A DNA stretch of 63,231 nucleotides, the filler included, from Octopus bimaculoides (lineage: Eukaryota): the NCBI RefSeq assembly GCF_001194135.2. It is 8 parts of 8 records of this genome, joined end to end, with 100 filler letters (N's around TTAATTAATTAA, not from the genome) between each part and the next. Parts side by side here need not be neighbours in the genome. Positions count along the whole stretch, not along the records: positions 1 to 15,417 come from NC_068982.1; 7 more parts are not named here. One strand, 5' to 3'. This document shows, in pieces, positions 1 to 10,944 of the stretch (the first letter of the stretch is position 1; every line of letters begins with the position of its first letter). Under the pieces are notes generated by a model. It saw nothing but the letters and a program-made list of their open reading frames with translations, searched no databases and was not told the DNA's origin. The position numbers and the translations under genes were made by a program.

Positions 1-217
1 TTTCATTTTGAAAGTGAAAGTATTTGACATGAGTGTTTTTGTTTCACTTTTGACACGTAATACTTAAATAGTGGAGGAGATATTATGTTGCCGTGTGCTC
101 GAACTCTGCAAGAAGTTAATAATTTTTTTTGACTAAAACACAACTGGAACCCTAAGTAAGGCATGTGTAAAATTTGAATGAAATTGGTTGCGTAGTTCTC
201 GAGTTTTAGGGATTCAC

Positions 218-259
<42 letters not shown>

Positions 260-306
260 CGACAGACAGACAGACAGACACACATTCTCATTTTTATATA
301 TATAGA
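1..306 (-). mobile_element. Non-autonomous Helitron-like element (Lep1/DINE-1-like 5' part with internal (TGTC)n); runs off the window start
   Basis: Minus strand reads TCTATATATATAAAAATGAGAATGTG-(TGTC)n-...AAAACTCGAGAACTACGCAACCAATTTCATTCAAATTTT. This matches the 5'-TC, microsatellite and 'ACTGAACCGATTT..GAAATTT' layout of such elements. Confidence 0.65.
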
Positions 307-1347
307 TATACACTATAGAAAAGAAAGAGGAGAACGAGATTGCTCCGAGACGATGTAGCATCAATGATAACAGCAATAACAACAATAGTAAAGATAACCC
401 CCTTAGGAGAAGAATAAAATTTTCGATGCCGCAAACACATACTACAACGAAGCCTTGACTACCGGTGACTTTAAGGGTTAGTTTTAGTTATAGTCCGACC
501 CCGACCTCACCAAGAGAAAACCACGCCCCTATTTTCTCTGAAGGAAAAAAGTTGTTTCGGTAGGATCGTTCTTGGTTTAGTCGATAAACACTTTCCCTTA
601 ACACGTAGATGCAGAAAAATATTTAACAGATAAACTTTGAGAGGCTCTTTTAACTGTTGATGAGCATAAACAACATTTTAGCAAGAAGGAACAATTTTGA
701 AAGGGGTAGGATGCTCATGCAGAGGTAACACCACATGGCAACTTAATGCCCATTGCAATGCAGAAGCTGTTCTGTATGAGGCAGAAATGGTGTCAAAGGA
801 TTGCAATGGAGAAAGTGATGTGCGGAAATATGTAGAGCGATAGAAGGTGCTTTCAGAACCAGATTCAACAATCGCAGGTCTTCGTTTAATATCTAAAAGA
901 AGCGAAACGTCACAACTCTAGCGAGGCATATATTGGAAGAAAATGCTGTACATTACAACATCAGGTAGAAGACAGAGAAAGACTGCAAGCTTTACTTTAA
1001 CCTCAAAATAAAGAGCAGGCTCCGCTTGGCGGTGAAAAAGCTCATGCTAAAGAACTCTCTTGACCCGAGAACTTACCTGGTCAAGTTTTTGTTCCTGCCT
1101 TAAATCTGTTCCTGAGCTTAAATTTTCAAGAGCATACTGGTCAAGTGCACCATCAGTAAAAGCATTGGAACTCTTCCCATCGGGGTTTCTCTTCACCACA
1201 ATCTGAGAAACTAGCGTCAGGTTCTATATATGCACAAACATAAACACGTATACATTATCACATAAAATTAACCCTACCTTACCATCCTCTTTCCCCATTC
1301 ATTGGTCCACATCCCTCTACTATATTGTTTTATTAGCGTGTATAAGT

Positions 1348-1750
1348 AGGCGCAGGAGTGGTTGTGTGGTAAGTAGCTTCCTTACCAACTACATAGTTCC
1401 GGGTTCAGTTCCACTGCGTGGCATCTTGGTCATGTATCTTCTACTATAGACTCGGGCTGACAAAAGCCTTGTGAGTGGATTTGGTAGACGGAAACTGAAA
1501 GAAGCCCGTCGTGTATATATATGCGGTGGGAGAATATGTATGTGTTTGTGTGTCTGTGTTTGTCCACCCATCATCGCTTGACAACCGATGTTGTGGTGTT
1601 TACATCCCCGTAACTTCGCGGTTCGGTAAAAGAGACCGAAAGAATAAGTACTAGACTTACAAAGAATAAATCCTGGGGTCGATTTGTTCGACTAAAAAGG
1701 CGGTGCTCCAGCATGGCCACAGTCATATAACTGAAACAAATAAAAGAATA
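1348..1750 (+). mobile_element. tRNA-derived SINE family A, full length
   Basis: Head GGCGCAGGAGTGG.TGTGTGGTAAG..GGTTCAGT.CCAC (A/B-box-like); body GCCTTGTGAGTGGATTTGGTAGACGGAAACTGAAAGAAGCCCGTCG; internal (TA/TG)n; tail CCAGCATGGCCACAGTC..ACTGAAAC..AAAAGAAT. More than 15 homologous copies in the window. Confidence 0.9.
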
Positions 1751-2346
1751 TATATATATGCATATACGTGTATATAAATAAATATATTCATATACATACA
1801 TATATATATATATCTAACAATATATAGGCACACACACATAAGTATTTTGAACTACATCCATAAATATACACACATTTCTGTATAAGCTATTCTGTATTAC
1901 AGAATACATCAATAGAGTCTTAGCTAGCATTTTGAATTAACTGTTGTAAACACCACTATATACAATATCTTCGTGAGCAGTAAAAAAGAGGTCAGCCAGG
2001 CTACTTTCAATCCTGATCAAAGATTTCATCAGGAACTGAGTACTCTTTTTAATTGTCAACGGAAGCAATGTTTATAAACCCACTACAGCTAAAAGCTTAA
2101 GAAAATTGGATAGATTCCCGTATTATATCAAATTTTTGGCAGCTTGTTGGATAATTAAATTACTGACGCGTTAATAGTGTTTTGTTTCAATACTGTTACT
2201 GTACAGACAACATCTATAGATTTTTAACCAACGATGTATGTAATAGGCAGATGTAACACGCCCGTAACACGCACACTCACTCACAAATACACCAATACAC
2301 ACACACTCACACATGCATATATGTGTGTGTGAGTGTGTGTGTATAC

Positions 2347-2378
<32 letters not shown>

Positions 2379-2399
2379 ATGTATATATATGTATATATG

Positions 2400-2442
<43 letters not shown>

Positions 2443-2677
2443 TATATATATATTGGACATGGGAGTGTTTGCATATGTATATATATGTTTGTGTATGCCT
2501 GTGTACATGGGAGTGTTTGTATATGTATATATATATGTTTGTGTATGCCTGCGTGCGTGCATGTGTCTAATGTATATGTACACACATATCCTTTTATACG
2601 TATGTACGTATTTATGTATGTGTGCAAAGTGTAAGGCGTACAGGGCTGTGAGAACAGCAATATGTTCCATTTCTCAC

Positions 2678-2710
2678 CTTCGTCATCCATATTGGAGCAA
2701 ATTATCAGAA
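2678..2710 (-). CDS. Candidate 33-nt micro-exon (phase 1-1), encodes (V)LIICSNMDDE(G)
   Basis: TTTGAAG| acceptor and AAG|GTGAGA donor; only one frame open; in phase with exon 2844-2912. Confidence 0.35.
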
Positions 2711-2843
2711 CTTCAAACAATGATCAAAGTACAATATAACATCTCACAAACAACAATAACAACAAACGCAATAGCAAACACTACTAGTAGTAGCAGCGCC
2801 AACAACAATATCAAGAACAACAGTAACAACATCAATATTTCAC

Positions 2844-2912
2844 CTCTATCGATTAATTCTGTATTATGAAATTCTGTTCTCAGGGGATTATCACTAATTT
2901 TCGGATATTTTC
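2844..2912 (-). CDS. Candidate 69-nt exon (phase 1-1), encodes (G)KYPKISDNPLRTEFHNTELIDR
   Basis: CACTTCAAAG| acceptor and GAG|GTGAAA donor; a complex-sequence island between trinucleotide repeats. Confidence 0.35.
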
Positions 2913-2929
2913 CTTTGAAGTGACCAAGG

Positions 2930-3036
2930 TGTAAAGACAACAACAACAATAAATAATAACAGCAACTAAAACAACAAACAACGAAAAACAAAAACAGTGT
3001 GCAGCAGCAGTAACAAAACCAACAGCAACAACAATA

Positions 3037-3089
<53 letters not shown>

Positions 3090-3092
3090 AGC

Positions 3093-3133
<41 letters not shown>

Positions 3134-3397
3134 AGCAATTATGATGCTCGCGATGATAACGATGAAAATGGTGTTGATGATGATGGTGATGATGATGATG
3201 GTGTTGGTGGCGGTGGTGGCGGCGGCGGCGGCGGTAGGGTGAATAAACGATCGACATTCTCTAAAACAGCTGAGATAACGATGATAAAAAAAAACCCGCA
3301 CTAAACATATTAGTATGAAGAGCATCATTAACTGCAGTAACAGTAACAGCAGCAGAAAAATATGCTACAGCAAGTAATAACTACTACAGTTACTACT

Positions 3398-3494
<97 letters not shown>

Positions 3495-3605
3495 CAGCAA
3501 CAGCAATGGCATGCACTGCTCTCTCACTCAATAATAATAATAATAATGATGATGATGATGATGATGACGAAGACGATGACGATGATGATGATGATAATAA
3601 TAATG

Positions 3606-3651
<46 letters not shown>

Positions 3652-3830
3652 CAACAAGATTATTACAACTACGACTACTACTATTACTGCTGCTGTTACC
3701 TCTTCAGCTACTGGTGTTGTTGCTGCAACTCCAATAGTGACAGTAACGATAGAAAAATGTTATATATATAAAAAAAAAAAAGAAAAGACTACAAAACAAG
3801 ACCAACAACACCAACTTTAAGTGTAGCAGC
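2930..3830. repeat. Compound trinucleotide microsatellite field: (AAC)n,(CTA)n,(GAT)n,(GGC)n,(TAA)n
   Basis: Visible directly; explains the poly-Y/M/L/I/N/D ORFs. Confidence 0.95.
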
Positions 3831-5369
3831 AATAAACGAAATACAACAATTACAAGAACGACGGCAATAATAAAAACCTTTATTACTTCCAACAACACAC
3901 AACTCACACTGGCCCTTCTGCCGATGTTTTCATTCCAGTGGATTCATCGAGGAATGAAACTCCTATCATTTTAACCCTACAACGGCCACCACTCTCAGCA
4001 TCCTCCTTCCAATCCACAAAAACTGTTCTCTCCAGATTAGCTCTTATATTCATCTTTTTCTTTCTCTTTCTACTGGAATATATCTGGTTATGTTATGGAA
4101 ACGGCAAGCTCTGGCCTGGCTAACAACGAGCCTGCCATTTTCATTCCCTACAAGCTGATAGAAACAGCTGTTGAATCGCTCTATTTGCTCACTTAACACA
4201 ACTATAATTTCCTCCTGACAAGCAAATCTATCAGAGACTTATCGGTCGTTACTTGTCTAAGGTAACTTAGACGCAATATTGAGATACTGACACCAGGATG
4301 ACATTTGGCCACCACTTGGTATTAATGTTGTTGTTGTTATTGAGTAAAGAGTACTCCTCTGTTGCTTGGCCCACTTGACGAAGGCGATATCCCTCTGTAT
4401 TCTTCTCAAATACTTCTCCATTTGCGCAAGTGTGACCTTTTCTATTCGGCGATCCTCCCCACTACCAGATCGCTTTTGTAAGGGGCTTTGGTGACAGAGC
4501 AAAAGTAGTTCTCTTTTCGCTACTCTGGTCGACCTATTGCGCACCTCAGAGTTGATCTTTGCAACGTCAATACTGTAACTGCTGCATGTGTTGATGCTGC
4601 AATTATCGCTGATTTGGTAGTGGTGGTGGTGGTGGTTCTAGCTGCCACAGTGAATGGGATAGTAGCATTGGTTGTAGTAGTAGTAGTGGGGATAGTGTTG
4701 GTAGAAGAAGTGGAAAAATATTGTTTTGGGTGGTGATGGAGGCGTTACTTGTCGACAAGATAATGAAATAAAACGGCTGTCAAAGGTCGTTGTCGTGGTA
4801 GAAACATTAGTAAAGGTAACGCTTTCGTTGTTGTTATGGTGTCGTCGTCGTTGTTCGTTGTTGTTGCTATTGTAACTCTATCTTAAGGCTGGCAGACCGA
4901 GAAACCTTTTGCATGAAAAATAACGAAATGGAAGCTATTTTGGATTTATTATTCATTGTCGTTTGTGATATTGTTATTTAGTTATTGGTGCCCGGGATGA
5001 TGTTTATGCAAAATCTTTCTGACCAATATTCAGATGAAATTACATTTTCGTTTCAGGAAGCAACAGCCTTTACGTTTATCAGCGTTGCATGCAACCACTT
5101 CTCACTCGTTAAACAATACACCTTATCAATATCTTAGCAGGAGTCGGGTGGGAGATAGGTGCACATTTCCTTACAAGAAAGAAAATGTGAGTTTTAAAAT
5201 CCTATTTTTCCTAAGTAGATGATGAACAAACTCTACAAACAAAAATTCAAAATTCTGAAGATATCTGAAAAGAAGAAAACAAAAACGTAACCTTACAGTC
5301 TTTGCAGTTTGTCAAGCTATGGTTATGACGATGATGATGATGATGATGATGATAATGGTTTCTAAGCCA

Positions 5370-5980
5370 ACATCCTTTAAAAGAGGGGTAGGAATCCATA
5401 CCATCGACTAATGGTGCTTAACTAGTACTTTTATTTTGTTGAACCTAGAGAGATGAAAGACAAACATGACGCCGGCGGGATTTGAACCCGGAAAATGAAG
5501 CGCCGAAATAAATACCTCGAAGCATTTTCCAACGATCAAATAATTTTTTCAGCTTAATAATAATAATTCTTTCTACTAAAGGCATAAGGTTTGAAATTTT
5601 GGTGAGAGGGACTGATCGACTACATCGAAGCCAGTGCCCAACTGGTACTTTATGTTATCGATCGCGAAAGGATGACGGGCAAAGTTGACCTCGGTGGCAT
5701 TAGAACTCAGAGCGTAATGCTGAAAGAAATGCCGCTAAGCATTTTAACGACTTGCTAACAATTTTGCCAGATTGCCACTTTTAAGCAAAGAAGGTTTCAA
5801 ATATTGGCCCGAGGCCAGCAACTTTAAGGGAGGAGTTAAATTGATAGCATCTACCACAGTCCATGAGGGCATTTATTTTATTGACCCCCTAAAGGATGAA
5901 AGGCAAAAATCGACCTCGCTTGAATTTGGACTCAGAGCCAAAACTAAAAGTACAAGTCATTTTCCCAGCGATGACCAAAA
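5370..5980 (-). mobile_element. Three head-to-tail degenerate copies of SINE family B
   Basis: Each carries the reverse complement of GAGGTCGACTTTGCCTTTCATCCTTTCGGGGTCGATAAA.TAAGTACCAG and of the AGCTGGCAGAATCGTTAGCA head. Confidence 0.75.
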
Positions 5981-6064
5981 GCATGTAAAACCATACAAAA
6001 CTCTGCTTCACACAGCCTAGAGCCTACGCAAAACACTTTCTATCCAATGGCATAAATGAAGCAC

Positions 6065-6450
6065 TGTTGTTGGCACTCCGTCGCTTACGACGTCGAGGGT
6101 TCCAGTTGATCCGATCAACGGAACAGCCTGCTCAAGAAATTAACGTGCAAGTGGCTGAGCACTCCACAGACACGTGTACCCTTAACGTAGTTCTCGGAGA
6201 TATTCAGCATGACACAATGTGACAAGGCTGACCCTTTGAATTACAGGTACAACAGAAACAGGAAGTAAGAGTGAGAGAAAGTTGTGGTGAAAGAGTACAG
6301 CAGGGTTCGCCACCATCCCCTGCCGGAGCCTCGCGGAGCTTTAGGTGTTTTCGCCCAATAAACACTCACAACGCCCGGTCTGGGAATCGAAACCGCGATC
6401 CTATGACCGCGAGTCCGCTGTTCTAGCCACTGGGCCATTGCGCCTCCACA
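6065..6450 (-). mobile_element. tRNA(Arg)-like-headed SINE family C1, near-intact
   Basis: Minus strand GTGGAGGCGCAATGGCCCAGTGGCTAGAACAGCGGACTCGCGGTCATAGGATCGCGGTTTCGATTCCCAGACCGGGC (A and B boxes); tail ends GACGGAGTGCCAACAAC. Confidence 0.9.
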
Positions 6451-6669
6451 AATGAAACAGTACATCGTCACAAATAATCAACCGATAAAATAATGCAACA
6501 CGTTACTCCAAAACTGATGACGAATTCTACAGTAACTAACATTCTACATAACTGCCACTCATTAATATAGCACACACACATACACACACATATACACACG
6601 TGTATATATGTATATATGTATGTATGCATGAATGAACGTATGGTGTGTGTGTATCATGTATGTATGTAG

Positions 6670-6820
6670 TACGCAGGCGTGTCTGAGTGGTAAGAAGTTT
6701 GCTTCCCAACAACATGGTTCCGTGTTCAGTACCACTGCTTGGCACCTTGGGCAAGTGTCCTCGGGCCGACCAAAGCTTGGTGAGTGGATTTGGTAGACGG
6801 AAACTAAATGAACCTCGTCG
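6670..6820 (+). mobile_element. SINE family A, 5' half (rest in gap)
   Basis: Homology to 1348-1512. Confidence 0.85.
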
Positions 6821-7633
6821 TATATATATATATATATNNNNNNNNNNNNNNNNNNNNNNNNNNNNNNNNNNNNNNNNNNNNNNNNNNNNNNNNNNNNNNN
6901 NNNNNNNNNNNNNNNNNNNNNNNNNNNNNNNNNNNNNNNNNNNNNNNNNNNNNNNNNNNNNNNNNNNNNNNNNNNNNNNNNNNNNNNNNNNNNNNNNNNN
7001 NNNNNNNNNNNNNNNNNNNNNNNNNNNNNNNNNNNNNNNNNNNNNNNNNNNNNNNNNNNNNNNNNNNNNNNNNNNNNNNNNNNNNNNNNNNNNNNNNNNN
7101 NNNNNNNNNNNNNNNNNNNNNNNNNNNNNNNNNNNNNNNNNNNNNNNNNNNNNNNNNNNNNNNNNNNNNNNNNNNNNNNNNNNNNNNNNNNNNNNNNNNN
7201 NNNNNNNNNNNNNNNNNNNNNNNNNNNNNNNNNNNNNNNNNNNNNNNNNNNNNNNNNNNNNNNNNNNNNNNNNNNNNNNNNNNNNNNNNNNNNNNNNNNN
7301 NNNNNNNNNNNNNNNNNNNNNNNNNNNNNNNNNNNNNNNNNNNNNNNNNNNNNNNNNNNNNNNNNNNNNNNNNNNNNNNNNNNNNNNNNNNNNNNNNNNN
7401 NNNNNNNNNNNNNNNNNNNNNNNNNNNNNNNNNNNNNNNNNNNNNNNNNNNNNNNNNNNNNNNNNNNNNNNNNNNNNNNNNNNNNNNNNNNNNNNNNNNN
7501 NNNNNNNNNNNNNNNNNNNNNNNNNNNNNNNNNNNNNNNNNNNNNNNNNNNNNNNNNNNNNNNNNNNNNNNNNNNNNNNNNNNNNNNNNNNNNNNNNNNN
7601 NNNNNNNNNNNNNNNNNNNNNNNNNNNNNNNNN

Positions 7634-7673
<40 letters not shown>

Positions 7674-8029
7674 TAGACACACACGCATACACACATACAT
7701 ATACATAGTGACAGGGTTGTTGGGGCTTCGGACAGAATGCTTCGCATTTGTTCCTGCCGAGGCCATCTTTGTCTTTCACACTTTCAGAGTTGATTTTTTA
7801 AAAAAAGTACCTGACGGAACTGAAAGCACCTCAAACCGATTGCCTTCTAGTAATAGCACCGGTTCTTTACATTTTGAATTAAAATCCATGATGATTACCG
7901 TTACCCGGTTCAACAGGACAACCTGGTAACCTCGAGGGGCTTTAGCGGAGTCCACTCTGTTGCAAGCATTTGGGCCAGGTTTTCGATCAGTTGATATCAT
8001 CCTACTTCCTTCCTACAAGTCTGCAGACA

Positions 8030-8470
8030 TTTATTAATACCTACGCTGAACTATTGAGAAATCTGAAGTTACTCTATCCAGATTACAAGTGCAGGTTTAT
8101 ACCTGTAATTATTGGGGAGCTGGGACATGTAACACACTGCCTAAATACCAATCTTGAGATATTAGGCTTCTCAAAACCAGAAGGAAGAAAGTTGATTCGA
8201 AGACTATAGATCGAAACCATCACTGGAATTGTAAAAATCTTTAAAACTCTCCAGAAGTTTATCATTTAAGTATATATGATAATGTCTAGATATAGAAGAA
8301 TATGCATGGGAAGACATGCATAAAACAAAACATACAAAACTGCACGTATACTTACATACATGCAAAAAATATCTTGTTGTTGATGTTGAAATTCCAATGA
8401 AGAGCCTTGGATCTAGGTTAGAAACTGGTTCATTCTCTATTGGCAAGAAATCTTGAAATAACACTGAATG
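8030..8470 (+). mobile_element. 3' end of R4/Dong-like RLE non-LTR retrotransposon (C-terminus plus 3' UTR)
   Basis: Translates NTYAELLRNLKLLYPDYKCRFIPVIIGELGHV...KLIRRL*IETITGIVKIFKT, resembling the R4-clade 'PvviGalG...LQ..llgt..I' terminus. The 3' UTR is shared with four other loci. Confidence 0.75.
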
Positions 8471-8476
8471 ACATGC

Positions 8477-9252
8477 ATACATACGTACATACATACATAC
8501 ATACATACATGCATACATACACACACATACATACATACACACATACATACATACATACATACACACATACATACATNNNNNNNNNNNNNNNNNNNNNNNN
8601 NNNNNNNNNNNNNNNNNNNNNNNNNNNNNNNNNNNNNNNNNNNNNNNNNNNNNNNNNNNNNNNNNNNNNNNNNNNNNNNNNNNNNNNNNNNNNNNNNNNN
8701 NNNNNNNNNNNNNNNNNNNNNNNNNNNNNNNNNNNNNNNNNNNNNNNNNNNNNNNNNNNNNNNNNNNNNNNNNNNNNNNNNNNNNNNNNNNNNNNNNNNN
8801 NNNNNNNNNNNNNNNNNNNNNNNNNNNNNNNNNNNNNNNNNNNNNNNNNNNNNNNNNNNNNNNNNNNNNNNNNNNNNNNNNNNNNNNNNNNNNNNNNNNN
8901 NNNNNNNNNNNNNNNNNNNNNNNNNNNNNNNNNNNNNNNNNNNNNNNNNNNNNNNNNNNNNNNNNNNNNNNNNNNNNNNNNNNNNNNNNNNNNNNNNNNN
9001 NNNNNNNNNNNNNNNNNNNNNNNNNNNNNNNNNNNNNNNNNNNNNNNNNNNNATACATACATACATACATAAACACACATACATACATACATACATACAC
9101 ATACATACATACACACGTACATACATACATGCATACATACACACACATGCATACATACACACATACATACATACATACATACATACACACATACACACAT
9201 ACATATATACATACATACATACACACATACATACATACATACATACATACAT

Positions 9253-9283
<31 letters not shown>

Positions 9284-9345
9284 TATACATACATACATAC
9301 ATACATACATACATACATACATGCATGTATGCATGCATGCATACA
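8477..9345. repeat. (TACA)n microsatellite spanning an assembly gap
   Basis: Visible directly. Confidence 0.95.
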
Positions 9346-9687
9346 TGCAGCCAAAAACGTTTGGAAGCAAAATTTCATTCGCAAAGTTTAAGAAACAATA
9401 TCGTTTCCGTTCGTTGTAAAAGTTAATAACAAGTCTTTCACGACCTCACACTTCAATAGTTGCTGAAAGGATATTTTTTACACTGTATCAAAGTAAAAAT
9501 AACTTCATTGACAAAAAACTACTGCTGCTGTTAATGTACTGTCCACTTTGAAACACTAGTTGTATAAACTGGATGTTATCTAGGTGATAAAATGAAAGAA
9601 GTGAAGCGATGTGTAAAAGATATATATGAAGAAGCAATATTTTGTTTTTAAAGCAGATGCCTATTACAGACTTTAAAATAGCCACCT

Positions 9688-9880
9688 AGGCGCAGGAGTG
9701 GCTGTGTGGTAAGAAGCTTGCTTCCCATCAACACGGTTCCGGGTTCAGTCCCACTGTGTGGCACCTTGGGTAAGTGTCTTCTACTATATCTTCGGACAGA
9801 CTGAAACCTTGTGAGTAGATTTGGGAGACGGAAACTGAAAGAAGCCCGTCGAATATATACGTGTGTATTTGTGTGTTTGT
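9688..9880 (+). mobile_element. SINE family A, 5' half
   Basis: Homology to 1348-1560. Confidence 0.9.
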
Positions 9881-9984
9881 GTTTTAATTAAATGCTGCCT
9901 CAGTTGCCTATACCGGATTTATAATCAGTCCGGCTGGCTGTTTACAACATCAGTGAATGTTTCTTTCACTTTTTCCTATATCAG

Positions 9985-10068
9985 AGATAACGAGTATACC
10001 TAATAAAAAAAAGGTCCAAAATGGCTGAAATGCTTCCGGACTTTGGCTGGCTGCTGCTGCTGCTGCTG
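9985..10068 (+). CDS. Candidate exon with start codon (10021) encoding signal-peptide-like MAEMLPDFGWLLLLLL
   Basis: Strong acceptor TTTCTTTCACTTTTTCCTATATCAG|; AAAATGG start context; CTG|GTACGA donor. Confidence 0.4.
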
Positions 10069-10199
10069 GTACGAATTTTCGTTTCTATTTGATATTTACT
10101 GTTTTAACACAGCAAGTCCATAAGAGATGTTGCACAAGTCTCTTAACCTCTGGTGAAGGAGATGTTGTTGGGACACTACAACCATGCAGCGTATCTTGG

Positions 10200-10385
10200 A
10201 CTAGAAAGCCTGGCGGAATCCCTCCTTCTCCATGCGAAACTCATTTCTACAGCTGAGTTGACTGGAGCAACGAGAAATGAAGCCTTTTGCTCAAAAACAC
10301 AACGCATCGCCTGGTCCAGGAATCGAAACCACAATCTCACGATCGTTAGCTCACCACTCTAACCACAAAGCCACGCGTCTACAGT
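10200..10385 (-). mobile_element. CORE-like SINE family C2 fragment
   Basis: Reverse complement of a tRNA-like head (GGAATCGAAACC) and TTGCTCCAGTCAACTCAGCTGTAGAAATGAGT, shared with 21110-21310 and 44690-44985. Confidence 0.7.
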
Positions 10386-10944
10386 AAGTGATGTTATCTG
10401 AGGAAAAATCCTTCTGTAACATATATATACCATAACAAATTGTCTTATACTCTATACGCGTACGTTTTTTAAAATGTCCCCCTCCTTCATATGGGTATAT
10501 GTATCTGTGTGTGTGTGTGTGTGTGTGTGTGNNNNNNNNNNNNNNNNNNNNNNNNNNNNNNNNNNNNNNNNNNNNNGTGTGTAGATATAAATGATATGGA
10601 GATTCATGGCTCTCATCCGAATTTCCAAAATTTTATCTTTTCAAGAAGATGCGGAATTGACGATCGTTCTACAAAATGAAGAATATTGCTTAAACGAAAA
10701 TCGCCCTCAAATGTAATCTTCGTAGCTTCCGTATATTCTAAGATACGAGAGTGGACACTAACAATTTAACAAGAAGATTTGATAGCAGTGATTGTAATTG
10801 TTTGTTGAATAGGATAGGTCGGATGGATAACGGTGTTTGTGTACAGCAGGACTTATTTAAGAGATTAACAAAAGAAGTCAAATGGTGTTAAAAGAAAATG
10901 GCCACAACAAAGCACGAATGTAAGATAAAACTTGAAGAATGTGT

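Noticed and set aside
2171-3907. Many ORFs of 60-180 aa (poly-YI, poly-M, poly-L, poly-N)
   Set aside because: Translations of di- and trinucleotide microsatellites.
4105-4175. GAAACAGCTGTT preceded by CTAACAACGA (hammerhead-like)
   Set aside because: The CUGANGA core is absent; at most an unrecognisably decayed copy.
6065-6450. tRNA-like sequences at SINE heads (also 10300-10385 and family A heads)
   Set aside because: No complete cloverleaf or acceptor stem; they continue into SINE bodies, so they are not tRNA genes.
7700-8030. Complex segment directly upstream of the R4-like 3' end (possible inverted 5' part)
   Set aside because: No recognisable RT or RLE motif in any frame; cannot be assigned.
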